From the NCBI GenBank assembly GCA_008632985.1, contig QPGO01000190.1, positions 62,001 through 126,000 of the forward strand: a DNA stretch of 64,000 nucleotides, written 5' to 3'. Shown one piece after another: positions 11,900 to 24,330 of the stretch. The position numbers and the translations under genes are program-made. Origin of the DNA: Psammoneis japonica. Its lineage: Eukaryota. Under the pieces are notes generated by a model, which was not told where the DNA came from, made no database searches, and was given only the letters and a program-made list of their open reading frames with translations. Every line of letters begins with the position of its first letter. Within the stretch, counting starts at the first letter, position 1.

Positions 11900-13760
11900 C
11901 TTCTCATGCGCTGGCACAAAGTTCCCATGACTGTTGTTGCATGCCCTGGCACCCAATGGAGTCTCCTCCCACAGCCATCCCAAGACAACTGGCCACTTGC
12001 GCTGTCACACAGATGGCTCAATGGTCTCTGCACAGGTGTGTTGGCTGGGCCAAAGAAGGCCCCAGTCATGTCAGAAAGAAAAGGGGCCACATTGTTGACA
12101 CAAGACAAGCCTTTGCTCCCCAACCAAGGTTGTTGTTGGCTCTCCTGGGACACAATGGAATCACCCAAGGGGCCAGCAAAAGACGTCTGGGCACTTGTGC
12201 TGTCCACAAAAAGCTCCCTTGCCTTTGCAGGTGGGGTGGTGGCTCGGTCACCAAAGCAAGCCGATCACATCAGAAAGAAAAGGGGCTGCATTGGCCCAAG
12301 ACAAGGCTTTTCCTTCCCAACCACCGTGTGTTTTTTGCCTCCTCCTGGACCCAACAAAGTCTCTTGTGCCCACCCTCAGACAACTGAGTGCTTGCACTGT
12401 CACACAGATGGCTCCCTTGTCTTTCTTGCAGGTTGAGCCACCAAAAGCCATCCTGAGACAACGGAGTGCTTGCACTGTCACACAGATGGCTCCCTTGTCT
12501 TTCTTGCAGGTTGGCTGGTGCCTCCACACCTTGTGCAGCTGGGCATTTTCTTGTGTGGAGGAATCATGCAAGGGGCTGCTGCTGCTGCCCATGACATGGC
12601 TTGCAGCTTCCAAAATCAAGAGTGCAAAGATGCCACAGTTGGGTCAAGAACCCACTCAAAAAATGCAGGCTGAGTGCATTCTTTGGGGTCCATGTCATGA
12701 CGCAGGTGGCAGCAACTCAAACGAATGTGCATTGATGGTGATGATGATGATCTGGCTTGGCATTTGGCAAATGTTTGCTGGAACATGGGGGCACCACCAC
12801 TGCATGCTCCACTTCAGTTTCTTGACCAGCCTTGACCTGTGCACCGTTCATGCACCGTGCACCCCTCGGCAAGCCTGTTGCTCCAGTTGGAGACACCAAG
12901 ACATGCAACCAAACTCACAACTGGACAAGGCTTTTCCTTCACAACCACTGTTGTTGTTGCCTCCTTGAGGACCCAATGGAGTCTCTTGCAAATGTCTCAA
13001 GACAACATGGAGTGCTTGCACTGTCACAAGGACAGTTCCCATGTCTTTCTTGCAGCAGGAAGGTCCTTGGCTTGGCCAAACCCAGCCATGCCAGAGAGAC
13101 AAGGTGCTGCGCCAATGCAAGACAAGGCCTTTGCTTCCCAACCATTGTTGTTGTTGCATTCTCTGGGACCCAATCAAGTCTTCCAAGGCCACCCCAAAAT
13201 GACAGAGCACTTGCGCTGTTGCACAGATGGTTTTCTTGTTTTTGCAGGTGGCGCGGCTGGGCCAAGAAACCCAGTCATGTCAGAGAGACAAAGGGCTGCA
13301 TGGAAACAAGACAAAGCCTTTGCTCCCCAACCATTGTTGTTGTTGCATCCTCTGCAATCCACTGGAGTCCTCCAGTGCCATCCCAAGAATGCTGCGAACC
13401 TCCTTTGCCACATCTGTGGGTGCGCTGCTTTCACACCTTGTGCAGCTGGGCATTTTCTTGTGTGAAGGAATCATGCAAGGGGCTGCTGCTGCTGCTGCCC
13501 ATGGCTTGCAGCTTCCCAAATCAAGATTGCAAAGACACCACACTTGGGTCAAGAAACCACTCAACAAATGCAGGCTGAGTGCATTTGGGGTGCATGTCAT
13601 GCAGGCAGCAACTCAAACCAATGTGCGTTGATGGTGATGATGATGTAGAGCACCACCACATGATCCATTTTAGTTTCTCAAGTGGCACTGGCCTGTGCAT
13701 CATGGTGCACCATCCCCCCCAGCAAGTTTGTTGCTCCAACTGGAGACACCAGCAAGACAT
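11900..13760. repeat. Degenerate ~190-bp tandem repeat array with a ~0.9-kb higher-order duplication
   Basis: CAAGACAA(G)GC..TT...CCCAACCA..GTTGTTG recurs at ~12101, 12297, 12922, 13118 and 13307. Segment 12525-12905 resembles 13432-13765. Confidence 0.8.
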
Positions 13761-15674
13761 GTCATCAAACTTGCCACCAGAGTTAACCCCTTGGAACTGA
13801 GGATGTGTGGCTGATGAACTCTGGCCATTGTCTTCATTTGCAGTGGAAGAAGATGAGACATTCTTCCCAGTCTCTGTCATCTGGCAATGGCTTTCCAAGC
13901 AGCAGTGGTGTTGCTTGCTTCATGAGATGCAAAGACCATGCCTTGGCAAGTTTAAATCTGAGCAACTCTTCCTGCTCTTCCCAGTGCTTCTCTTCCTGCA
14001 GCGTTGGGTGGGGATGTGCATGCCAAAGTCATTGTCAGGGTTCAGGCCAAAATGGAGAAAACAGAGCACTGGAAATGCCTTTGAAAAAGTGTTTGGAGAG
14101 TAAAAAAAATGTCAAATGCAAGAAGAAGCAGCATCAATCCATTGTTGCAGCAATTGAGCCAACCATCGGCATCAGATGGTGTCAGCATGCATGCGGCACA
14201 AGCCCTGTTTGGCACCTTCAACATTCCACAGGTGGAGAATGGGGCATTTCCACTGACATGTGTCAATGTCGACAATTTGGTGGAAAACACACCACCCCAC
14301 CACAGTCCCAAGCAGCAGTTCCAGCAGCAGCAGGTGCAGTGCCAAGTGCCTTTCTCACATGCACCAAGCCTTCTCCTTGCTTCCAAGAGCACATCTTTCC
14401 CATTTGTCCAATCTGTTGGACACCAGTCAACTCACAAAACAGAACGGCAACACCAACCAAATTCTTCTGTTGTCTGAAGCTGTCACTTCCTTTTTTTCAT
14501 TGGCGGCATTGTGCATCACACTCCTTTGGACGGTGTCTCTCTGAATTGATGACAGCATTGAAACCACTTGACGAACGTCTTGCACTTCAATTTGTGGCAT
14601 CCAGAAGCTTCTTTGGCTGCTTCAACTGTCCTTGTCATTTCATTGCATTGCCTCTCACTCTTGCACCCACAGCTCCAAGCTTTGTGGCCTTGTTGATTGC
14701 CTTGCATTGGATCTTACAGTCATCACTGATGCCACTGTCTCAGGTGCGCTCCCCACATTGGTGACATCCGAGAGAGTTTGCTTGACCAACACATTCAATG
14801 TCAAGACAAGCAGCCAACCAGTCTTGGATGAGGCCACCCACCTTCTCAGACCAGCCACGGATCCATTGGGAAAAGCCAGGCAGCATGGTTGGCCAGTGAT
14901 CATGGTCGCTGAATGTGCTCAAATGAGTGGCCAGTCATTTAAAGACCAAGTGCGCACTGCTGCTTGATTTGTCAGTGATCTGTTTGTTCTTGGCATTAAA
15001 AAGAACATGTTGTCCTTGCTGTGGCCATTGGGTTTCGGTGGTCACGGCAGCAGCTTTGTCACAAAAGAGCTGCACTTGATTTGATGTGTTGTTGACATTG
15101 TGGCGAGTTTCACAACAATTGTGTGAGATTGTTTTGAGGCCATCAGGAAGGCTCTTCATCAAGAGGAGTCAAGTGCTTTGCTTGGTTGCTTTGGGCCCAC
15201 CCTTGCAGATGACACATGCCAGTGATGGGCTTTTGCATTCCAAGAGAGCACCCATGATGCACTGCAGTTTTGCTGCACATTCCAATCAACCTTGGTTCGA
15301 TGGCATGCATGCCCCATGTCTTTCACATGCAGGATCGCTGCAGACACCAATTTTCTTTTCGTGTCACGAGTCGGTCGCGATTGGCGGGACTCGCGGGCAT
15401 CGTGACTAAAAATTTCTTGCATTCCAAGTTCCCAAACAGAGAACGATGAGCGAAAGTCGATCGGGAATGTTGAAGGGCACTTAGCCTACGAATCGCAAAC
15501 AGAAAAGGTATAAGGTAGGAGTATTTCCCAGTTCCCTTCGCGTCGACGTGATTGTCACTCTGCTGTCTGCTACAGTAAAGAGTTTTCTGTTGGTTGGGGC
15601 TGCCAGCTGCCACCTCGATGTATGCTCAGATCCCGGATCCCGGAAATGATCCGTCTCTGCTTCTCCGTGGTATA

Positions 15675-16300
15675 GGTTGACAACTACGACGCCATTCGAA
15701 AAGAGTTCAGAGATCTCGCTGGAGCAAAAAATAACACCCCGAATCATTGGCCATCTGTAGGATCTGGATATCATCGAGACGGAGCAGGGCAACACGATTC
15801 CACAGTTGTGGATAGAGCCTGGAGAGAAATCATCCTTTTCGGAAGCGGTGCGGCAAACACGAGAAACGTAGCTCCAATAACGTGTGACTTGATTCTAAAA
15901 CACATCCCTGAGGCTGATGGTTTAGCTCAAGCCGGGGGCGGGGAAGTCTTATTTTCTGTACTTGCCCCGAAAACAAGAATACGGCCACACTGCCAGACTA
16001 CAAACTTGTGGTTGACCGCTCACCTGGGCCTGTCCATCCCCGTGAGCGAGGAGACATGTGCCCTTCGAGTAGCTGACAAGTGGTCAATTGGAAAGAAGGA
16101 CGAGTCCTGGTGTTTGACGACTCGTTTGAACACGAGGTTTTTCACGATACTGATTCTAGACGTGCCGTGTTGCCCCTGCACTTTTGGCATCCAGACCTGC
16201 CTCGGGAAGAGCGACAAGATGCGCTTTTACAGATGCTGCAGCACAAGCAGGATGATATTCACTGTCGCTGTAATCCGCCAATTCCGAGTTTTGTTGCCTC
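15675..16300 (+). pseudogene. Aspartyl/asparaginyl beta-hydroxylase-domain protein, frameshifted near 16082
   Basis: FSVLAPKTRIRPHCQTTNLWLTAHLGL, then in another frame WKEGRVLVFDDSFEHEV..FWHPDL. There is an in-frame stop just upstream. Confidence 0.8.
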
Positions 16301-16519
16301 TGCCCAACAAGTTAGACCTCGTGGATTAGAACATTCGTCATGTCCACGATGCCGGAGAACCACAAACGCAACCGCAGCTCCCGCCGCCGATACAATCCAA
16401 ACTCCAAACCATCTTTTTTCACACATCCATTGCCACTGTTCTCGAGGTCGGTCGCAATCATCTTTCCCGATGGGATGATCAAAAAGTCTTTCTTCTGCAA
16501 AAGTATCAACCGCTACTGA

Positions 16520-17720
16520 CTTTTTCATTTTGATTGAAATAGGAAGCGGTAAAGAGGGTGAAAAACTTCATGAGACCCAGTGTTGGTGTGAAACGCACAA
16601 CCACAGGGAGGATTGCTTCGTCTCCTGGAAAAATCGTTGGAAAAGTAAATAAAATGGGTAAGAAAGGCCTAGAGAGGCTCGTCGTACCTGCAGCCACCGC
16701 AAGCTGGTAGTGTCGAAACAGAATTTCTGAGTTTTTGCTTGCCGCCATTCCATATTTTACATTCATTGTCACAATCGACAATGTCTACTGTGAGCGTATG
16801 TTCTTGGGTTTGAAAATTGTATTGAATCAAGAAAACACGTGACTTGGCCCACAAACTTGCCAGATCTGCTTCCGCAGCTTGGCGAGACTTCGATCAAAGT
16901 TAGGCGCTTCAACGGCCATGGTAACTACTGTACTGCTCCCATCCAGCTGACCTCTGTTTCAGGAAACTTTGATTGGAAGAAATCGCGAAACTCAAAAACG
17001 TGACTTGTAGGCGAGCTCCTTTGCGTACTCCTGAAAGAAAATTTCGAACTGTGCTTTCAAACTTGGCGTTCGAGATACTACAAGAGATTGCAATCCTTCT
17101 CGTATGGCACTGATGAAAATGTATCGTAAGGTTTGTCCACCCCCCAATGGCCTCAACATCTAAAAGATTCTCGTCCTTGGAGACTTGAGAGTCATGATGT
17201 TGCGTTGAAGTCCACATCGCCCATCCCTCGTTGAGCCAACATTGCTCCCATGTTGCATGGTGACAAGATTTCCGGTCTGCAACCACGTCGGCAAGAGACC
17301 GATCTCCAGCCAATAGAGTGAGTCGGCATAACAAAAGTAAGACCAGGATTTTCCATCCCTCCTTATGGAAACGGTGGCAAGCACAACATATCGTATCTGC
17401 CCCATAAGATTAACGCATTGTCCTTTTGTTGCTTCCGCCGTCGTCAGAAACTCTTCTGTTTGAGCAAATTCATAAGCAGCCACTTCCACTACGCTGAGTT
17501 CACTTCAGATATACAACACAGTTACGAGATCTTCACACTCTTCAAATCTCCCACTGCCAATGCCAACAAGCGGGACGGTGTAGTGCGACTGGCTGATTCT
17601 TCCATGCCCAGGTCTTTTGTCCGTCTTCAGTCGAGTCCGTACGGATACCCGGGCGACGCCCGGCTGATCTTGACATGGTACCAAGGATCGAGCGTGAATA
17701 GCCTGACACTGCGTGAATAA
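16520..17720 (-). pseudogene. LTA4H: Leukotriene A4 hydrolase-like M1 aminopeptidase, heavily disrupted
   Basis: Fragments AAYEFAQTEEFL, GGMENP, TLLAGDRSLADVVA, TGNLVT, WLNEGW and NSEILFR lie in shifting frames. The HEXXH segment is deleted. Confidence 0.85.
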
Positions 17721-18356
17721 TTATGGACACTTCTTACCAGTAGTTTGCGACGACGGGAGCCACTGCAGAACACTAGCTAGTAGATGCTTTTGTCGTGCTG
17801 CGCGAGAGATTCGTACTCTTGACCCAAGCTACCTCCAATGGACTACGGAGAAAACATGTAGAGTTTGGCGAATACCTCGAGGTAGTCACCAAGTTCAACG
17901 AAGAACATGTGTATGACCTTTGTGGAACATACCAGTATATCCTTTACACTCTTGTTACTTCATACCACCCTTTTGCTTTTGTTGCTTTTTCGTAAAGGCC
18001 TTGAGCGCTTTGGATGCCTTGGTGACATCCTTTTTTTGTCCGCCTTGACGCTCTCGTGTTTTCGAGCACGCTCGCCATGATTTTCGTGGCGGCCACCTTG
18101 AGATCACCGGGATGCAAGGCTTATCGCTGGCAAAATCCTCTTCGATTGCCTCCGTTTTCCGGATTACGAGCAACAACAATTTGGCTTTCCGTAGAAGTGG
18201 GCCCAAAACAACAAGCCAAGACAATGGGAGGACAAAACGAAATGTTGCCCAGTTGACAAAATGCTTTCTTCATTTTGGATTTGCCGCGGACCTAGGCACG
18301 GGTAGCGTGTAAAGTGGGGAAACAAGCACGTGAGTTGTACTAGTCCATGGCGCGAA

Positions 18357-19530
18357 TCACAAACCGACACACACATCGCGTCTTGCCTTTGGATGATCCA
18401 TCAAGTGGTATTTATCATTTTCCGTATTGTAAGCCTCGGATTCCCGTTCTTCTTGCAATGCCAGCAATGATCCATCGCCTTGCAGTACCTGTAGGGACTC
18501 CATGTTGGATCCGGCCAGCTTCTCGGCAAAGGAACACCCAATTGGAGATGCCTCGGTGGCACAGTCGACATTCTTGGCCGACAAGGCCACACTACTCGGC
18601 TCGGGTCCCATGACTTCCGCCACTTGCATTAACCGTCCAACCACATTGACCACGCCATCGTCGTCCTTCATTTCGTGACCAATCACGTCATTCAACACAA
18701 AGTGTCGTCCCGCGTTAATGACACTGATCCAGTAATTAGACGGATCCATCAAAATGACCTGATTCTGGTACACGAATGTGACTTCGTCCATGAGGGCGGC
18801 ATCCGTGGATTTCACCAACACCAATAGAATGGCGTAGTAGGCATCCATCACCTTGGTTCCCGCGTTGCAAGTATTGCGGACTCGTGCGGTCCAATCCGAC
18901 AAGAACAAAAAAAGATGTTGTAGATCATTATTCTTTGGAGAAAGTTTTAGTCAAGACAAAATATCCACAGCTTCTTGTAGCGTCGGTGTGGCGGATGGTA
19001 GTGGCGCAAACACTACAGTACGTGGCAACCAGAAGTAACTTTACCAGCAGTACCAACTCGAGTCGTCGTACTTCGCCAGCAGGGCCGCTGCTGATTCCTT
19101 CTTTTACTGTCGTACCTGTGCGAGCGACGTCTTGGCCTTCTCATCTGCGTCAGAATGAGTCCGGACGGGCTCCCATAGACGATTTAATTCGGTAATGAGA
19201 CCGTCCTTGAGTTGGTCAGGTGAAACGGTTCCCTCCAAGAAATCTGCCTTGACGACGCTGTCCTCCTTGTAGGTATTACCGCCCGCTGCAAAGGTTGCAC
19301 GTGGCGGACTAAAGATACTGTGTTGAATGTAATCCAGGCACGGATTCTTAATGCATCCACGGCCAAGCATCCTCCTCTGCTTCTTCCGTCGAGGGTGTTG
19401 TTGAAGTATCCGCTGCTGCATGGTTCTCTTCTTCTTCTTCCTTGACTGGAAAGTAGGCGGCGTTGAGTTTTGTCAAAATTATCCGCCGTGTCTTCCATAA
19501 AGATGGCACTGGCCACATCAGACTTGACAT
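18357..19530 (-). pseudogene. Hypothetical protein, fragmented
   Basis: Consecutive protein-like ORF pieces (19348-19530, 19104-19421, 18357-18908) broken by stops and frameshifts. No family recognised. Confidence 0.4.
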
Positions 19531-20554
19531 GTTTTCTTGTGATGACTAAATGATGGGTTTTCGTTTCATGTTGGCAGCACCACAGTACTCTCGTGCCAAC
19601 ATGTTGACTTTACGTTGATCGACACTGAGTTGACAAATATTCGCCTTTAAAGAGAAAAGCATCCGTGAATCGCGTGAGTCGATACAAGACTTGTGCCGAC
19701 GTGAATGCACCGTCGAGTCGTCACAACACTTTTCTATGCGCATAACAATGAAGCGACATCCAACATGGTGGGCCAATAGGTGTGGGTGTATTTGGTATTT
19801 TCTTCCGAGGCCCACTAGAATACATGAGTCGGATCCATACCGGCAGCATTCCATGCCTCAACGAGATACTTTCCGAATCTCCGCCCATCTGTATAGAAAC
19901 ACCCACGAGTAAATTGGAAAATGAAATGAGAGGAAATCGTAAGAATACAATAATGCGTTTCATTTTCCTTTTTTTCATTTCGTTTTACCTTAGCATGCAC
20001 GAGAGCAAGCCAGTCGGCAACCCAAAAAACAAAGGTCGAATTGGCTCCATCTACGGTATGCTTGTTGACATGCATGGCCTTGAATATATGACTTGTGCAA
20101 TGTTCATGCGCCCCGACGGATCAAAGCCGTCATAAAAATAAAACCAATAGAAGCAGAACCACGACCCTTGCCAAGCACGAGATTGCGCAATTCCTTTTCC
20201 GAAACACACTCTTCACCAGCAGTAAAGATACGATCCAAATCCTGCGCTGGGGTTCTAATGCGTTCCATGCGGCTGCCTTGCGAATGACGCAAGATATGGA
20301 GCTCTCAATCAGGCTTCGACTTTGCCTTGCTCAACCCTCAAGACCTAAAACGGCAATATACAAGCCGTTACTACTGCAGTCGCTTTGACAGTAGGAAGGC
20401 CTTCAGACAAATTATGATACCAACAAAGCATGGCATCCGTTTCCGTCCATATGCAACTCGTACTCCGATTGACTCGGTTATACCCTTCAGAAACTGGCCA
20501 AGACACAGTGCCAGACTCAATGCAAGACACTGAAAATAGCTTTTAAACAGACTT

Positions 20555-21702
20555 TCTCATGTTTCCCAGGAAAACCCAAGCTTCTCCAGTTTTTCAATGC
20601 GTTCTCGGGGTCAAGCTGACCTTTTCTCCTTTGATTCGTTTTCTATATAGCTGCCGCTGTTTTCGGATCCAGTTCGCAAGCGATGGGTCTTTGGGAACAC
20701 TTCGACCACTGACCGGACCATTTATTCTTACAAATTCCGATAATCTCAGACATTTCTGCATCCAAGCGGCATCATAGGCATTCCAGATGAAATCAATCTT
20801 GTTCAACAACTCAATGCGTTCTTTTGACAACGAGACTGTTTTGCTTCCACCACCTTTTTCATTTGCTTTGAGAAGCCTAAAATTGAAGTCGTTGGTCATC
20901 CACCCAACGTCCGAGTGCAGGATTAGAATCGTGTGCTTTTGGAACCGAACTGAGATGCATGCACGAGACAATGGTGACAACAGTCAGCTCGACCCAACCC
21001 TCAAATGCGGACACCAACAACCAAAACAAATGCGAGTCTGGCAAACATTGCTCGCCAATTGCCGTGGTTGTCTCGACATCTGCAGAGCTCGTTGCAGCAT
21101 TCCATCCAAGACGCTTCGCGTGCATCCCATGTGAATTCGAGCTTGTTGAGTTGTTCAAGCCTTTCATCTGTCAAGGAGCATGGCTCACCCGCCATTCGTT
21201 TCTGGCAGTTTCGTCTCTGAAGGTGAACAAACTTTCCAAGAGGAGATGCACTTACATTCGGTGCAAGCGCACGTCCATGTTCTTTGTAAAACTGTTCGAG
21301 TTCTCGGCAATGCTTGTCCCATGATTGTTCGTGCATGTTCCACACAAAACCCACCAAGTCTAGCTGGTCAATCCGGTCTTCCGACATTGAGCCTGATCCC
21401 GATGGTGTTTGAGAGATTCGACACTGCGTCCTTAGGCTGTCCACCCAACGACCCAATTTAGGATGAGTTTTCGGCACATGGGCGTGTCCGTTTTCTCTCA
21501 CAAACTCTCGCAAGGCGTCCATGCAGCTGTTCCATCGAGACTTACGCAAAGTTTCCCGTGATGTCTTTTCTTCCGCTTGACTGGTCGACAGAAATCGATC
21601 AAAACTGTGGAACTGCGTGAAACCAAGGATGTTGCTCCCTCTCAACCTCACTGAGGATCTCTGAAACGAGGCAACGGATGCCGAAAGTGCCATCATGGTC
21701 AT
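20555..21702 (-). pseudogene. Helicase-associated (HA) repeat protein with about 4 repeats, partly mutated
   Basis: Repeated W......L..F...NGH..VP.....LG.WV...R......RI..L..+GF.W. Probable intron 20950-21055 and frameshifts near 20880 and 20605. The N-terminus ends in RFLST, like a mitochondrial presequence. Confidence 0.85.
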
Positions 21703-22869
21703 AGGGGCCTTCCAATATCACTAATAGGGCACGCTGTGGGTATCAGAAAAGGATCAAAGCGCAATCATTGAATATCCTCAGAGCTAGATATATATTTTAT
21801 GAAGAATTTTGAAATGACCGCGCGCGCGATCGAACTCCCTCCGAGAGCGAGCGAGTGTCCATGTGTGTCGCACGTCATCCATGCTGCACGTGAAAAATCA
21901 GAAAAATCAAAATGAAAATGGCAGATGGCAGCAGAGCACAGCCTGTGAGTAGAGAGGTGCAGTGACCAAGACGACACGCTCATCTGAGAGTCGAGGGTTC
22001 TTACACTGCTGCATCATGTGAATGGAAGCAGGGTCCACATTCTCATCTCGAAGCAACAGGAACTCAGGTGGGGGTGGCATGCAGGAGTGCGCCTCATGCC
22101 TCGTCATGACGGCCTTCTGAAGTGACAGAATGTGTCTGACCTCAGCCCTTGTTTTGAGGATGAAATGTGAACAAAAGGAAGAGTCCAAGTTTGTTGGTCC
22201 TCTGAGTCAGAAGCAAAGTGTGCTCTTTGGCACACGGAATTTTGAGATGATCAGACGATCACACTGATCTTCGGCTGCGTGTGTGATGTTCGACGAGTTC
22301 AATTTTGCGCGCTGATGGTCAACTGCCATTTCTCAATGACTTTGGAAGTCGTTGACCATGCTGTGATGACTGCTGTTGTGTGTTGCAAGCTCTGTTGAGT
22401 TGTCTCAGTCAATCTCTCAAGAGCTTTCATCATGCAAATGAAAGCATGTTTTCAAAGCTGCTGGTGTGGTTGCATTTGGAGTGGGTCATTGTTTGAGTTG
22501 GAATTTGTGAAGGTGCACAAGACTCCATGATGTGTGTCTTTGGGGAAACTGATGTGATGCATTGTTCCATGCAAGAATGGAAGAGCTTCATGCAAACCAA
22601 TGAGGACACTCCATGCTCAATGACGCAATGATGGGAAATGAAGAATCAACTGCAATCGCTCCCCTGAGAAGAATGAGTCACCCTCAAATCGTGGTCTCAA
22701 CACTCTCAACAACCAATCCTCTCATGTTGCTCTGAGTGACACTGCCATGACTGATCAGAGCTCCATCCTGTTGCTCTCACTGGCAAATTCTGGTGCGCAG
22801 CTTTTGTGCTGATGGATGACTCTGCTGATGAGGCATTTCCCCTCCACCTGATGACGACACTCACTTCAA

Positions 22870-24330
22870 TGACTTGAAAGACATGGACAGCAGCCCAACA
22901 GCCAAACCATCTCCCAGCAATGTTGGAAGTGTGGCTCCAAATGAGGCTGACCATTCAACCATTTCAGGAACACAATGGGGTTGCTGCCTGTTGGGATTTG
23001 CCTGCAGACCATCCGGCAAGAAGTCAGTTGCCCCATTGTTCAACAGCACCAAGAAGGCCCAAGAACCATCATTGTCACAGTGATGGTTGTTCCATGTCAG
23101 CGGAGGCTCTCAGAAGAAGAGATGTTTTTAATTCTCCTGCATCATCCAACATCTCCTGGAACAAACAACAACAAGCATCAGCCAGTGGGGAGCACTCTTG
23201 TTCAATGGCCGATGACTGTTCATCCGGCCACTGCAGTCTTGTTTCATCTTTGGTGACTCCCATCCTTCTTTGTTGTTGACTCCTTCGTTCTCACTCAAGC
23301 ATGGCTCATTGGAGCAAGAGCAACCAAAACTGTTTTCTGCATCACAGTCTCCAATTGTTCCCTGCAGCAAGGATGAACATGGGGAGATTTTTCCTCTGGT
23401 GACAGTCAGCTTGTGGGAGAAGAAAAACGCACTCTCTTCTGCTCTTCTCAGGGACAGGTGTGCCAGATCCAATGCTGAGACAAAAAAGTGGAGACTGTTG
23501 ATTGCACCACATTGCAATGGCAGAAGGTTCAGTGAAATGTTGGTGCCAGCAACTCTCATCACAACAAGGCAGACATGCAACTCAGAGAAAGTGCCATTTT
23601 CAGGAAAGAGCCTCTGCACATTTGGTGTCACACCACCCTTGCCGCTCCATGGCTGGATGCTGTTAGACAGAGAAGGTGCTTGAGACAATGTTTGCAAATC
23701 TGGGGCAGTTGCATCCTTGTCTGCAAAGCAGATCACAAATGTCTCCATGAAGTGGAAGAAGTGCACAGCATCAAGAAAAGCATCCAGTTGGTTGCAGCAG
23801 CAAGCCAGGGAGGAGCCCATTTCTGGCGGCACTTTGTTTGTGGTGTGGGACAAGGAAAACTTGCAGCAGCGGCAAAGTGCTTCATGTGAGGGTGCAGCTC
23901 ATTCTGTTTTTGATTTCACCATGACATCAAGGGAGCTGCAATGCAAGAAATCAGCAGGCCATGCCTTCACTGGATTTGATGTTGCATGATTGTCAACCTT
24001 TGATGCACTGAAGTCCAGGGATCTTGCAGCATCGTTGGATGGCTGTGGCCATGCTGTGTCACAATGACTGGGTTTTCAAGATGGATGGCATTCCAATCAG
24101 AACAGCCACCAGGACTCAGTCAGGAACCACTCCTTGTGAGGCTCTCACTGTGATGCACCAAATCACATGGGATGGAACTCTGCTCACGTGGATTTTTTTT
24201 TGGAGAAAGAACAACATGTGTCAAAATCTGGCACTGCCCATGCCAACACATCCTTGGCATCAGGTGGGTCACCAAGGCAAGCAATTGTTGGTGGGGTCCC
24301 CCCAAAGCAAATCTGTCAGAAGCTCACAAG
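22870..24330 (+). pseudogene. Degenerate SNF2-like ATPase fragment, copy A
   Basis: HGWMLLDREG, GGTLFVV.DKE.LQ..QSA, FDV...TFDALKS and MHQITWD follow the order of SNF2_N motifs I, Ia, Ib and II. Confidence 0.55.

Larger units (their letters stand above)
1..15404. other. TpA-depleted (mostly also CpG-depleted) hypermutated block 1; partial in 1-5500, near complete in 6000-15330
   Basis: TA is very rare and TG/CA abundant. Six-frame ORFs are nearly Tyr-free and Cys/His-rich. TA returns abruptly after ...GCATCGTG at 15404. Confidence 0.9.

Noticed and set aside
5400..15330. Dense overlapping ORFs in all six frames (also 22-32 kb and 51-57 kb)
   Set aside because: An artefact of lost TAA/TAG stops. 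The products are Tyr-free, Cys/His-rich and not protein-like.
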